Below are positions 37,001 to 45,993 of a DNA stretch of 64,000 bases, in pieces. Within the stretch, counting starts at the first letter, position 1; every line of letters starts with the position of its first letter. The position numbers and the translations under genes are program-made. The notes under the pieces are model-generated. The model searched no databases, was not told the origin of the DNA, and saw only the letters and a list, made by a program, of their open reading frames with translations. The stretch spans positions 64,001-128,000 of the IMG/VR virus record IMGVR_UViG_3300032038_000011, one strand, 5' to 3'. Source of the stretch: a virus (taxonomy: Duplodnaviria; Caudoviricetes).

Positions 37001-40000
37001 AAGAATTCGCGCGAGCATTATCAACTCAGTTACAATCAGTAACTTCTAATATGACTTCTGCTATGGTTGCTTTTGTTGAAGCCGGAGCAGATGGAAAAAG
37101 AACTAATTTAGATATTAGTAATTTAAAAAATGCTATTTCTGATTTTGAAAAAGGAATGCAAGCATTAGGCCAGAGTGTTTCTGTTCAAAATATTGGTTTA
37201 GCATTAGTTCAAGGTGGCGAAGCTGCTGTCGCTGCTGCAGAACAAATTGCTGCACTTTCTGGACAAGAATTATCTGCTTCTGATGTAGCAACTTTATATC
37301 AAGGTCAAGTTAGTAAGTTAGTTAATGCTGTTAATACTGTTGTAGCACAACCTGGTGAAATTGTTGATGCAGTTACTGCTTCAATTATAGGTCAATCTGG
37401 TGGCCAAGTAAGCCAGTTAGGTACTACTGGTCAATATGTAGTTGAGTCTGTGGCTAATTTGTATGAAGCTTATAATAATTTATTACAAAAAATGGTCGCT
37501 ACTGGTGAAGCTACTTTAGCCGATTTGAATAATGTTGCGGCAAAAGCTCTTGAAAATAGAGATGGCGAGCAACAAGTTATTGATGCTCTTGGTGACGCGT
37601 CAAATATGACTTATACTCGTTTTGGTGAGATATTAGCACAACAAAATATTAGATTAACTGAAGAGTTAGTAAACTCTTGGAGTGATTCTGGAATTATTAA
37701 ACAACTTGGCGGCTCAAAAATGGCAATTACTGATTTTAGTAAATTTGCTGATGTTATGGAATGGGAAGCAGGTAGTGAAGAATATACTAGTGCTTTTAAA
37801 ACATATAATGATTCTTTAATCAATATGAATCGTCAAGCTGAGAAAAATATTCTTGAAGAAGTTTCTAAAGTTGGAGAAGCTAAAGGTGGCGACTGGATTA
37901 ATCTTACTCAAATAATGGATAAGATGCGAAAAGGATTCGCGACATTAGCTGATAATTCTGATGCTCCTTCTTTTGAAGTAATTAGTCAAGCTTTAAGTGC
38001 TTCATTAGCACAATATAACGCAAAAATTGAAAATGGAATTTTAAAATTAGACGAAGATGCTAATATTCCAATGGTTTTCCAAACAATTGCTGATAATGTT
38101 ATTAATTATGGAGAACTTTCTGCTAATGAAACTGCTCAATTATTAGATACCATAAAAAGTGTATTACAAAATTATGCCAATTTAATAAGTAATGGAATAG
38201 ATGGGACTCTTAGTAATTCTGGAGCAGAGCAATTAAAACAATTTGCTTCTGGTTTTGGAATTAAAGACCTTACATTTTCTGAAACTACTAAAGGATTAAA
38301 AGTTTCTACTGAGCAAGCTTATAAATTATATCAAGCAATTAAAAAGATAGATGCCTTACAGGGGAATTTAGTTTTTAGTAAGTTAGCAGAATCTTTACGA
38401 GCAGATAAAGGCGGAGATTTTTCTAGTGCTTCAAAAACTATGGCCGCGGTTGCTCGTGTTGAAAAACAAATTGAAAAAAATCAGCAAAAAGTAAATGAAG
38501 CTCGTGAAAAAGGAATGGGATTAAGCTTCCAAGAATGGCAATTATTAGAAAAACAAAATACAAAGTTAAAAGAAAAGAAATCTTTATATGAAGATATTCA
38601 AAAAGAAATGGCTTTTTCTAATATGGATAATCCTGATTCTTTTAATTTTATGAATCAAGATTTGCCAAAAGCTATGCAAGGACCAATTAATTATTGGGAC
38701 TCTGTTGGCAAAGCTTTTGCTGCGATGAATGAAGCTGGTCAAACTGGTAAGATGGCTATTCAAGACTTTTACAATATTGTAAATGAAATGAATAATTTAA
38801 TAGCTCTTACTGGTAATGAATTAGTTTTAGCTGGAGTTACTTTGGATGGTTCGGCAGAATCCGCTGCAGCATTAATTCAAAAAGGTATGAGTTCTCTTAC
38901 AAATATTGATGGTAAGGGCGTTAAAGTTAATCTTCAAAATTTAGGTATTGATTTTGTTTCTGGAGCAGAAGGAGCTAAAAATAATTTCCACAGTGGCGTT
39001 AAAGCTTTAGCCAAATCACAAGTTGAAATGTTAGACGCAGCAATTAAAGTTCTTGAAATTGTTGTTGCGATGGAAAATCTTGGTAATATTGATGTTGATG
39101 GAAATAATGTTTTTAGTATTGGGGACATTTTTAAACTGGATACCGAAGGAAACCCATTACCAGAATATACAAAAGAATATCAAGCTTTTGCGGAAGATTT
39201 ATTAAAACAAGCTAAAACTAATGAAGATATAAATGAAGCTTTAGAAGCGGTAAAAATTAATGGTATTACAATGAAAGAATTGCTCCAAGATGCTGCGGAT
39301 GGAATGAGAAATGTAAATCTTTCTGAACAGGAATATTTCGCGGTTATGGATGCTTTTGTAAAAGCGGCTCAGAGTGGAGATTGGGATTTAGATAATATTT
39401 TTGAAAGCGTAAAAGATATTATTAATTCTTCTTTCCCAGATGGAATGACTGTCGATGTTGGAGATAAAACTTTTGTTATTTCTGGCGGTACTGTTGGCGT
39501 TATTGATTGGAATGATTCGGGAACTCAAGAAGCTATAAAGATTTTTGAAGGAAAAGTAGAAAATTCTAAACAAGCGGTTATTGATAGTGTAACTAAATAC
39601 CAAAATAATACTGGTGGTCAAGTTGATGTAATAGTTGGATTAGCTGTAAATGGAGAAATTGATATTAATGTTGATGAAAAAGGAAATATTACAGTTAAAG
39701 ACCCAAATGGAAAAGAATTTGACCCAAATAGTAATATTGGAGCCTATTTAATTGCTGAAGCCGCAATGAAAGCAAAAGGTATTGAACCTCCATTTTCATG
39801 GTCCTGGACAGAAGAAAATGGTGGCCAAGCTAAAACGACTATTAAAGTTGGAACAGAAGAAAGAGTTGTTTTTACAGATTCAAAAGGTAATGTATGGTAT
39901 CATTCTGATAGAACTGGACAGGATTATTCTTCTAAACAAGCATTAATTGATGCGGAAGTTGAGCAATTAAGACAGCAGTTAGAAGAAGATGGAGATTATG

Positions 40001-43000
40001 TAACTTATGGAGAAGCTTATGAAATTTTATATCATGAAGAATATAAATTTAAAGCAAATATTAAATCAGATTTAAATGATGGAGAAATTGCTCAAAAAGC
40101 TAGAGAAATTGTAAAAGAAGGTTCTAATAAAATTAAAGATAAGATTAAAGAAGCTGGAGAAGCAGAAGAAGGAGATAATTATACTTATACAATTAGTGAA
40201 GATGGAAAAACAATTACTTTTGATTTAAATGGAGTTCAAGTAGAAGTAGCTAATACAGGGAACCCACAAAAGGATCTAGAAGCTGCTATTAGCACGCTGG
40301 GCGATGGATTAGAATATACAGATTTAATTACTAAAATAGAGACTGGTATAAATAATGCTTTTTCTGGAGATACAGTAAAGCAGTCTATTACAGGAGCTAT
40401 TCAGTCTGCTTTAGGTATTAGTGGATCTGATGGTTCTGGAAGTGGAATTCCAATTCCTCAAGTAAAGTTGTTACCATCTGGTATAACAATTGATATTTCT
40501 CAAGCTGGTCAACCAACTTTAAGTAATACCGCAGGTACAAGAGATTTGGTTATGGAAGAAGTAATTTTAAAACCAAATAGCGTTAAATTGAATGTTGATG
40601 GTCTTACACCTACTCTTGAAGGTGGCGCGGATTCATCTGGTACTGCAAAACCAATTCAAACAGGTGAGGTTACTTTAGTGCCTGGTAATGTTTCATTAGA
40701 TGTAAGTACTAAAAAGCCAACGCTTAAAGGTGCGGAAGATAATACTGCTATTGATTCTGACCCTGTAACTTTAAAACCTTCTAGTGTTACTTTAGATGTT
40801 AGTAGTAAAAAGCCTGAAATAAGTGGAGATATGCAAGATGCAGAATTAGATACTTTAGCGGCAAAAGTTGGCACAATTGATGCTTCATCTTCTAAAGCCC
40901 CTGCTATTAAAAAAGATGGTATGCCTACTGCTACGATAGATACTTTAGATGCAACAGTTACTACTATAAATGCTACTGCAGAAACAGTAGATGCTTCTGG
41001 AGCGGCCACTTCGATTGCTGATGATATACGAGCAAAATTAGAAGGCGAAGAATTTAAAGTTAAAATTGGATTGGAATTAGATCTTGGCAATAATAGTGGT
41101 GGAAACCCAAATAAAACTGATACTCCTGATGTAGGAGATGGAGGATTAAGTGGATTAGCAAAAGCTATTAGTGATTTAACTAATGCTGCTTCTGGCGCTT
41201 CTGGTCCTCTTGGAGATGTTAAAACAGCTTTAACTGATGTTAACTCTGAAGAAATAGTTAATGCTAGTAAAGCTACTACAGATGCTAGAGCTTCTGAATT
41301 AGTAAATGCAAGTAAAGCTACGACTGATGCTAAATCTGCTGAAATGTCTAATGCTATGCATGCTATTAACGATACTCAAGCCACAAAAGTTGTTACTGCT
41401 ACTGGAGCAATTAATAATATTAATAGTACTCCAGCAACTAATGCGAGAACAGCAATTAATGGTATTAGTTCTACCGGAGCTGGCAAAGCTAAAGAAGCAA
41501 TTAATAATATTAATTCTGGTCCAGCTGCCGCAGCAAAAAGTGCTTTAAATAGTATTTCAGTAAATTTGCCAAGTAGTAAAGAAACTGATGTTACTTTAAG
41601 ATATAAAGTAAGTAAAACTAGCGCGAAAGGTAATGTTGGTAATTTTGCCCAAGCTAAAGGTTCTGGACCTGCTAAAGTTGGCGGTTCAACAAAAACTTTA
41701 ATGGGAGAGCTTGGTCCAGAATTAGTAGTATCAAATGGGCGTTATTTTATAGCTGGGGCTAATGGGGCAGAATTTGTTGATTTAGCAAATGATGCTATCG
41801 TATTTAATCATTTACAAACTCGTCGTTTAATGAGCCAAGGAGCTATAGGCGGAAGAGGTCGTCCTACCACTAATGAAAGAGAAGCTGTTGCTTTTGCTAA
41901 AGGTAAAGTACCTTCATTTGGTCCAGCACGCGAGACAGGAGAAGATCAAGATTCAAAACAACAAGCTCAAGAAAAACGAGAATCAGAAAAAATTTCTAGT
42001 GTTAGCGTATCTCCTTCTTCTCATACTTTTCATAATTTAGTACAATTTAAATCTAGAGCTAAAGGCACTGGTCCTGCAATGGCAAGTGCTTCAGAAGCAC
42101 TCGCGCTATTAAAACAACTCCGTGCAATGTGGCAATCACTCGCAGACGCTTCTCTTAAAGATATGGGAGGCGGAGCCGGTGGTGGCGGCGGAGGCGGCGG
42201 CGGAGGCGGCGGTAAAAATGACGAAAATAATGATGAATACGTTGCCGGTGTCGTTGCTGAAGTTGAGCGTTGGTATAACTGGTTAAAAGCTATTGAAAAA
42301 ACACAAGAAAATATTAATAAATTAACTAAAGAATATAATATAATGGGAAAAGAGGGAATTTCCACTGAAGAAAAATTAAATAATTTGAAAAGCCAACGAG
42401 AAAATACAGAAAGAGATAGAACTATTAGAACAAAATTAGTAGATGAACAAACACGTTATCGTGAAGGTTTATACAATCAAATTCGAAAAGAAAAAAGTGC
42501 TGCATCAGCTTTTTATCGAGTTGGCGATAATGGTGAATTATTACTTGCTGATGATGCAGCTTTCCAGGAATTTGTTAATAAACAAACAGGAAAAGATAAT
42601 TATTGGAAAGGTTATCGAGCAAAAAAACAGCATTCTTTAAGTAAAAAAGAAGCAAATGCTCTTAATACAGCAAATAATGCTTGGAATAAAGCTCACAAAG
42701 ATGATAAAAATTTTAAAGAAAGAAAAACAGATTATGCAGCAGGAGAAGTGTTTGAAGGAAAATTAAATGCCGAACAAGTTAAAGCATTAAAAGGTTTAGA
42801 TAGTAAAAAATATAAAAATTTGAAAGCAACAGGTACTTGGACAGATGTAGAAAAAATAAATGTAAATTCGGGCCTAGAATTAATGAAACGTTTACAAGAA
42901 AAAGATAAATATGGAAATTTAAAATTAAGTGCAAAACAACAATATAAAATGTTATCAGATTTAGGTTTCGGAAAATTTATGGCAACAAATTCAGCCGGTA

Positions 43001-45987
43001 AACCGTTAGACACTGAGCAAGAAGGTTGGGAAGCTACAGCTGTTCAAAACTTTTATGATAAAGTTGAAGGAATGAAAGATGAAATAGAAAGTTTATCTAG
43101 TTCTATTACTACACAAGAAGATGCTATTTTAGATGATTATGCTGCGATTGCTGATATTAATAGTCAAATTCGAGAACTTCTTACTCCTGTAACTGGAGTA
43201 ACCGAGGGATTTACTAAATGGTACAACGAAACTCAAAAAATTAAAACTGCTCAAGCTGAAATTAATAAATTAACTAAAGAGTTAAGTAATTTCCAAAATG
43301 ATTTTATAGCTAATGGATTTAAAATCTTCAAGAATTATAAAGACCAGGAAGATTCTTTAAATAGGCAAAATAAAATAAATGAAGAACTATTAAAGAAGAG
43401 AGAAGATTTGGCTGGCACTCTTACTAGTAAATATAGTGGCTTAATAAATAAAGGAATTATTTCGGTTGATGAAAATGGTACAGCTACTTTTTCAAATTCT
43501 AAAGTTAATAAAGGAAAGATACAAACTTCTTCCAAACAAATTGCTACTAATGATAAAGGTTATCAAATATATGAGATAAAAAATGAAAAAGGCGAAGTAA
43601 CTCAGGAATATTATGTTGATAATAAAGGTGTTGTGCGGGATAATAAAAATAATGAAGAAATTAAGGATGAAAATATTATTCATTCAGGAATTCTTAGATA
43701 TGAAGATAAAGGTTCTTCTTATAATACTAATGGAAAAACATTTGAACAAATTATAGAAGATATTACTTCTCAAGATGCTTCTGGCAATGTCGCTTATAAC
43801 GCAGAAGAACAGTATCAAATTCTAAAATCTTTAGGTTTAGAAGATTTTATGAAATACGATGAAAAAGGCAATCAAATTTATAAAGATTTTGGTGAATTAA
43901 GTAAAGAAGATATGCAAAAAGCTGTTGAAGCTGGTATAAAACGCATACAAGGTTCTGTTGAAGAAATTAATGAAAATAATGATGAAATAACTAATTTAGA
44001 GCAAGAACAATTAGAAATTCAAAGTCAATTACAATCAATCCAAAAAGCTTTAATAGATAATCAAATCGAAGTTGAAAATTTGGTTAAAGACGCTGTTGTT
44101 CAAGAACACCAAGATGCTATTGATGCGAAAAAAGCTTTTGCTGATGCGATAAGTGATGCGGCTTCAAAAACTATTGAAGGCATGAGAAAAAGTCTTGATA
44201 ATGAAAAGAAAAGAAATGAATCTGATAAAAATAATAAAGAATTAACTTTATTACAAATGCAATTAACTACCGCCCAAATGTCTGGCAGTTCTGTTTCTAA
44301 AATTAGAGATTTACAAAAACAAATTCAAAATAAGCAGCAAGAAATGTATTATAATGAAAGAGAAGCTTTAATTAGTGAATTAGAAGATCAAACTAATGAA
44401 ACAGTAAAAGCTTTGAACGATCAAACTGAAATTGCACAAACAGCTTTAGACTATCAAGTTAAATATGGTGAAATTTGGGAAGAAGTTAATGAAAAAATAA
44501 AAGCTTTCTCAGAAGAAGGATTAGCAGGTTATGTTCTTAAAAATACTCCAGATTATTTAAGTAGTAGTGAATTAGCTCGTCAAAAAACTGAAACAAAAAT
44601 TTTAGAACAAATACAAACTCTTGCTGCAGAAAATAAATATCAGCAATTAGAAAATGAAAGTAACGCTTTATTATCAAAACAAACTGATTCTAGATTTAAA
44701 AATAATAATGTTAAAGAAGCAGTTTTAAAAGCTGGTCAAGAAGCCTTTAAAGATACCGATGGTACTTTAGAACAAAAGAATGAAGCGGCTAAAAAGGCAA
44801 TGAGTTCTAAAATAAATGAATATCAAAATACTTTTAATAATCAAGACGCTGCTTCTAAAGTTACTAGTCAAATTAATAATCTTGGTAATATAACTTCTTT
44901 GAATCAAGAATCTAGTGTACAGAACGCTCGTAAAGCTTATGACAGTTTAGGAAATGCAAAGAGCTATGTAAGTCAAGATACTTTAAATAAATTAATTGCT
45001 GCTGAGAAAAAGATTAATGAATTAAAACAACCAAAAAAAGAAGAAAATCCTCCTTCTCCTACTAGTGGAACAGGAACATCTGGAGAACCAACGAAACAAG
45101 ATCCTGGAGATAAGAAGCTTATTGCTGAAGGAGGAGCAACTCCTCCTATTTCTTATGGATATGCTATAACTGATGATTGGGAGAAAAATGAAAAAACTAG
45201 AGATATTGCAAAAGCTATAAAAGAAGTTTCTCCTACTTATGGTTTAGATGCTCTTCATGAAAAAATTAATGAACTTTATAATACTAATAAAGGTAATGAA
45301 GCTAAAACTTATAAAGCATTAAATAAATTAAATAATAAAACAGATTTAAAAAAGATTGTTAAAAGATATCGAAATAAACATAATCAATGGCCAATATATA
45401 CTACAAGTAAAAGAATTAGATATTATGCAACAGCAAAAGATGCTTTAAATAATACAAATCCGTCTGGAATAATACAAGCTAAAACAAAAATACCATTTGT
45501 TGCAATTAGTAAAAGTGGACGAAAAACAGACAAAGCTCAAATTTTAAAAGGTCGAGATGGAAAATTTTATCCTTATTTAAAAACTACTGGTAAATTAAGT
45601 AAACAAATAGAGATTCCACAATTTGCTAAAGGTGGAGATATTGATTTTACAGGTATTGCTCAAGTTGATGGAAGTAAAAGTGAACCAGAACATATCTTTA
45701 ATTTTAAACAAATGGAAGCTTTACGAGCACACTTACTTAGTGGTGTAGATACTACTTCTCGTGCCGTGACTGGGTTATCTAATATTATAGAGAATTTACC
45801 TAATGCTAATACTTATAATAATATTAATAATGATAATTCTGGAATTAATATTAATAATCTTGAATTCCATATGGAAGTTAAAGAAATTTCTAATGATTAT
45901 GATGCTCGTAGAGCAGGACAACAAGCTATGGAAGAAATGGTTCGTATTGCTTATAAAGCTGGTAATCGTTCAATATCTAGGAGGTAA
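28066..45987 (+). CDS. Giant tail tape measure protein (~5970 aa)
   Basis: Single uninterrupted ORF after the tail tube genes; TP901/PhageMin_Tail-type core (LYYQQG...ATRESAENIGSAMKSI...AGNRQQSRFLAL); MGELGPEL and FAKGG motifs; AGGAGAG RBS before MSNEIG. Confidence 0.92.
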   Translation: MSNEIGSFVVSIKAQIEGYQEQINAIKAKLVEIGKDTDIGKEIAKSLKLAESQVERLGKTMDKRISSESQITALTDNLQNISRLIMDIGDSFGKVTWNDLNVDGLRDKIQSAKSEIDNLTNSMQENVSKGFAEALASSAEMRDVFKSLKIDPAQMGVEEVTEKLRLSLIQATSILENYKAELDKIIPKAEEATQKMNAIEIDKTKAEQAKASINDIFKNLQVVSKVDTNSAVGELYTEIVGKCDELYYDLDQKGKGIVDKIKELNFKMLNETDPTKFKEYLTQIDESFKQLNGKGLTANVDGFGTRLESIFKSIMSVDSHKFVEGIEQVRTALEGLFADNKNFNLSPEDAKSFIEKVLNIEATKESIKAKREEVSALIKSYLTGVSQDYKEASKVATGLNNSKNTAQKKYDEAQAKSEAIKTAETKYLAEIKALENKNAELKAQLDNAVKRLEALEKESESRKNGKSPMGDFGRKQKQTAAQSLNDAANAAGKYSAQLEQVKAREQAIGNIQSFVQRWFSVYAAARLVSNAFKSMKTNLQDLDDIMTQISIVTDKTQGDLWKQMPQYSDMAKQYASSIKGVYEVSQLYYQQGLGQNDVMALTEQTLKMAKISGLEYATATDYMTNAVRSFKMEMSDAQTVVDVYSAIAASSATNTAELATAMSKTASSAQAVGSSFENTSAMMAVMIEATRESAENIGSAMKSIISRYGEMTKSPSKLIDSEGEAMSLNKVDTALQSVGISIHDAQGQFRDFDDVITELSGSWDKIDKNTQRYIATVMAGNRQQSRFLALVSNGERLEELTEKAANAEDTATLQVLKTMDSISAKVQQLQTSLQGLYTESGFEDLYKGILDGLTRIIDTFNNMPKMFNSIPVTAIATFAQLFVNIGSLIGSAVSAWKAKWSTTRTDLENAISSGTANGVQAAQLNANSLVRMFESAANRIKNVLTGAIAQGTSPTSNELITTNTKYQPIEVNKKWSEEKQQAATAYNNTFNTPQTEAIREKNYQQALDLGLMKPQLTFWQQYGTTISNAARAAGAGLQILSATMDKTTRSGEKSAAAVNLLGGALTTAGYIGMGPMGWAGAAVTAITTLINVTDAFIETSQEKVKRLQEAATKSNNEFLQKKTDYKELDEQIKKVDELKKARFDSAEANKEYLDASNALASLAPDLISYIDSEGNAVLDLSKSYEVLSEARRQAAESGKEAGQNSVDLALAQEEEANENYNKVISQIASEITNIDFESAMPFARRNVINNANISENNKGFYQDFFKNFFESSQGIGVLNGTSDIGQAVDDYLLSLETDIEISSEQYHEIIELMTEMGAQGLSTVKEAFNFDDIDLSDFEEEKEEVSQGAVNKVKDWIADLSRGTEQVSFDRLLSDNIGGINWDELNQATQESILNFLDENSKLYADRIRKIYSVKKSEPEKEIEVPKNYEQYYNAFEEIMQNISGIENAESETEKTEKAQELISSIIENEEIVKELLNDQNDEFWNFIKENFSMSEEEIAQIKDNLTKYLDLTNKGLPARQKKIAAELNTRNTELKNLQQSIWLEGEALENSNKQEDISKQEMLKNLPNANDLITQYITYMYDNFDGASGDYAKEDFTGDYQKITEALSNLYSNMTKNEIQQFSQLIENKGKYSEKELNDKIANLIGENKLDPEISKAISKYYEKVLNQEKVGQLLEERANKINIDNLMVNTKNLLTGTTDLLGADEWQKFVEVYDNIASLQKDGSISMKEASTALEQYATILTTISKAVPADKIDEVSSIIENWDDFSFVGLDELRKKLKDVGLNDNLTNQLIQQATDFSKLIPENLIVDFDSLSQKMITESENFSKALSKASKGMDIKDATEMASKLDVSVTDFTFKNGKYFIENAEAIQQAYTGISDQLMEDLNTEYDSELQSLGQEAYKAGISGDKEKVKKINKQIAELKNKKAELDTIIEQWGKYQTAEILLQMGQIDTFLDLLKIEDTDRRASIEEAIKSGNIDEINKFEELSPFTESIVKTYGEIVSGLTSQLADSVKKGSILVQKNGTNDSYLESLVAAGLADYNEAKDGIIINTTDKTFNDVISWLKQYNPNPNMSNAEYAEAYETLFNAFNKDLVNKFTNLITDSSVSMKDALSYTLASGGAADDVYSVMSELGFTFDEVTQSFVNSTKDYEGLKNKLEEIIKDSDNLQEVNEAKAKLAKLENEPVRNLSSSVTDLVQHRNDLTEDMIKNFAKAIGEDFDALIDGHYFSSNGKGGYRLDRSGTLNLLIAKYGEASEVVNNFKNSLFDSAIADLEKIGNIQFKGTTNFSDMQTAVDNINSSLDSNLSVDEIFEYNDKLQAWVYSQEGIKSTVEAAKKEAEKAEKDGKDTQKILEKTIGESFLGDIDLSSFISGNLDKTSQQWTKIQSAISAYNTAIEQVGGEMISSSEELYTVLSKGGNEAVQAAKSIAETGNQEFSSEDAKTAYLSEITQLKSISEEINNMTIGSIISGSTKAILETIEGYDFSEQPIEGTNSYILTAMGSVSEALLDVYKTMIAEGSEATIEEINTAGAQYYTALDNENGTVSAINTLKNAMNMSYDDLGKIFTSKGMDMVELLGENFEKAADYGIKRNFDGTVQIFDFDSLASKMNWDPDSPEYVEALNQYHDSLITYNKRVSDSIKDEFGKLTSTNIGDEINLTYLVKAFGENTDKLASLLGVAPEDLTDGIVTATKDTASKAVSIMAKIIENQGSIEGIDLEGLSLDEIWATYSEIIKNAQSEISSAQSTSILSSQTAALLVSYNSAWSDKLSSDGTIVLSSAEEYIQATSDIYQIVKESFEAGKSDLQTLNNSFANLIKANNSQDSAVNSMLSSAANLSVDTLNNFATGMGRELEDFIDESGKPLLDSIKRVGIDSYQVTNWQDYIAELQNKLGISIDNTTQDYINAYIAWLDSEANTAPNPKEALMTSLIPNLEKLSYAEIGQIAKTFEMTVEQVLALVENNGDNTFNAKDLLNVLPIDKTNEEFARALSTQLQSVTSNMTSAMVAFVEAGADGKRTNLDISNLKNAISDFEKGMQALGQSVSVQNIGLALVQGGEAAVAAAEQIAALSGQELSASDVATLYQGQVSKLVNAVNTVVAQPGEIVDAVTASIIGQSGGQVSQLGTTGQYVVESVANLYEAYNNLLQKMVATGEATLADLNNVAAKALENRDGEQQVIDALGDASNMTYTRFGEILAQQNIRLTEELVNSWSDSGIIKQLGGSKMAITDFSKFADVMEWEAGSEEYTSAFKTYNDSLINMNRQAEKNILEEVSKVGEAKGGDWINLTQIMDKMRKGFATLADNSDAPSFEVISQALSASLAQYNAKIENGILKLDEDANIPMVFQTIADNVINYGELSANETAQLLDTIKSVLQNYANLISNGIDGTLSNSGAEQLKQFASGFGIKDLTFSETTKGLKVSTEQAYKLYQAIKKIDALQGNLVFSKLAESLRADKGGDFSSASKTMAAVARVEKQIEKNQQKVNEAREKGMGLSFQEWQLLEKQNTKLKEKKSLYEDIQKEMAFSNMDNPDSFNFMNQDLPKAMQGPINYWDSVGKAFAAMNEAGQTGKMAIQDFYNIVNEMNNLIALTGNELVLAGVTLDGSAESAAALIQKGMSSLTNIDGKGVKVNLQNLGIDFVSGAEGAKNNFHSGVKALAKSQVEMLDAAIKVLEIVVAMENLGNIDVDGNNVFSIGDIFKLDTEGNPLPEYTKEYQAFAEDLLKQAKTNEDINEALEAVKINGITMKELLQDAADGMRNVNLSEQEYFAVMDAFVKAAQSGDWDLDNIFESVKDIINSSFPDGMTVDVGDKTFVISGGTVGVIDWNDSGTQEAIKIFEGKVENSKQAVIDSVTKYQNNTGGQVDVIVGLAVNGEIDINVDEKGNITVKDPNGKEFDPNSNIGAYLIAEAAMKAKGIEPPFSWSWTEENGGQAKTTIKVGTEERVVFTDSKGNVWYHSDRTGQDYSSKQALIDAEVEQLRQQLEEDGDYVTYGEAYEILYHEEYKFKANIKSDLNDGEIAQKAREIVKEGSNKIKDKIKEAGEAEEGDNYTYTISEDGKTITFDLNGVQVEVANTGNPQKDLEAAISTLGDGLEYTDLITKIETGINNAFSGDTVKQSITGAIQSALGISGSDGSGSGIPIPQVKLLPSGITIDISQAGQPTLSNTAGTRDLVMEEVILKPNSVKLNVDGLTPTLEGGADSSGTAKPIQTGEVTLVPGNVSLDVSTKKPTLKGAEDNTAIDSDPVTLKPSSVTLDVSSKKPEISGDMQDAELDTLAAKVGTIDASSSKAPAIKKDGMPTATIDTLDATVTTINATAETVDASGAATSIADDIRAKLEGEEFKVKIGLELDLGNNSGGNPNKTDTPDVGDGGLSGLAKAISDLTNAASGASGPLGDVKTALTDVNSEEIVNASKATTDARASELVNASKATTDAKSAEMSNAMHAINDTQATKVVTATGAINNINSTPATNARTAINGISSTGAGKAKEAINNINSGPAAAAKSALNSISVNLPSSKETDVTLRYKVSKTSAKGNVGNFAQAKGSGPAKVGGSTKTLMGELGPELVVSNGRYFIAGANGAEFVDLANDAIVFNHLQTRRLMSQGAIGGRGRPTTNEREAVAFAKGKVPSFGPARETGEDQDSKQQAQEKRESEKISSVSVSPSSHTFHNLVQFKSRAKGTGPAMASASEALALLKQLRAMWQSLADASLKDMGGGAGGGGGGGGGGGGKNDENNDEYVAGVVAEVERWYNWLKAIEKTQENINKLTKEYNIMGKEGISTEEKLNNLKSQRENTERDRTIRTKLVDEQTRYREGLYNQIRKEKSAASAFYRVGDNGELLLADDAAFQEFVNKQTGKDNYWKGYRAKKQHSLSKKEANALNTANNAWNKAHKDDKNFKERKTDYAAGEVFEGKLNAEQVKALKGLDSKKYKNLKATGTWTDVEKINVNSGLELMKRLQEKDKYGNLKLSAKQQYKMLSDLGFGKFMATNSAGKPLDTEQEGWEATAVQNFYDKVEGMKDEIESLSSSITTQEDAILDDYAAIADINSQIRELLTPVTGVTEGFTKWYNETQKIKTAQAEINKLTKELSNFQNDFIANGFKIFKNYKDQEDSLNRQNKINEELLKKREDLAGTLTSKYSGLINKGIISVDENGTATFSNSKVNKGKIQTSSKQIATNDKGYQIYEIKNEKGEVTQEYYVDNKGVVRDNKNNEEIKDENIIHSGILRYEDKGSSYNTNGKTFEQIIEDITSQDASGNVAYNAEEQYQILKSLGLEDFMKYDEKGNQIYKDFGELSKEDMQKAVEAGIKRIQGSVEEINENNDEITNLEQEQLEIQSQLQSIQKALIDNQIEVENLVKDAVVQEHQDAIDAKKAFADAISDAASKTIEGMRKSLDNEKKRNESDKNNKELTLLQMQLTTAQMSGSSVSKIRDLQKQIQNKQQEMYYNEREALISELEDQTNETVKALNDQTEIAQTALDYQVKYGEIWEEVNEKIKAFSEEGLAGYVLKNTPDYLSSSELARQKTETKILEQIQTLAAENKYQQLENESNALLSKQTDSRFKNNNVKEAVLKAGQEAFKDTDGTLEQKNEAAKKAMSSKINEYQNTFNNQDAASKVTSQINNLGNITSLNQESSVQNARKAYDSLGNAKSYVSQDTLNKLIAAEKKINELKQPKKEENPPSPTSGTGTSGEPTKQDPGDKKLIAEGGATPPISYGYAITDDWEKNEKTRDIAKAIKEVSPTYGLDALHEKINELYNTNKGNEAKTYKALNKLNNKTDLKKIVKRYRNKHNQWPIYTTSKRIRYYATAKDALNNTNPSGIIQAKTKIPFVAISKSGRKTDKAQILKGRDGKFYPYLKTTGKLSKQIEIPQFAKGGDIDFTGIAQVDGSKSEPEHIFNFKQMEALRAHLLSGVDTTSRAVTGLSNIIENLPNANTYNNINNDNSGININNLEFHMEVKEISNDYDARRAGQQAMEEMVRIAYKAGNRSISRR

Positions 45988-45993
45988 TGGAGA

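Noticed and set aside
29324-43683. Short ORFs within or antisense to the tape measure gene
   Set aside because: Expected shadow ORFs without translation signals.
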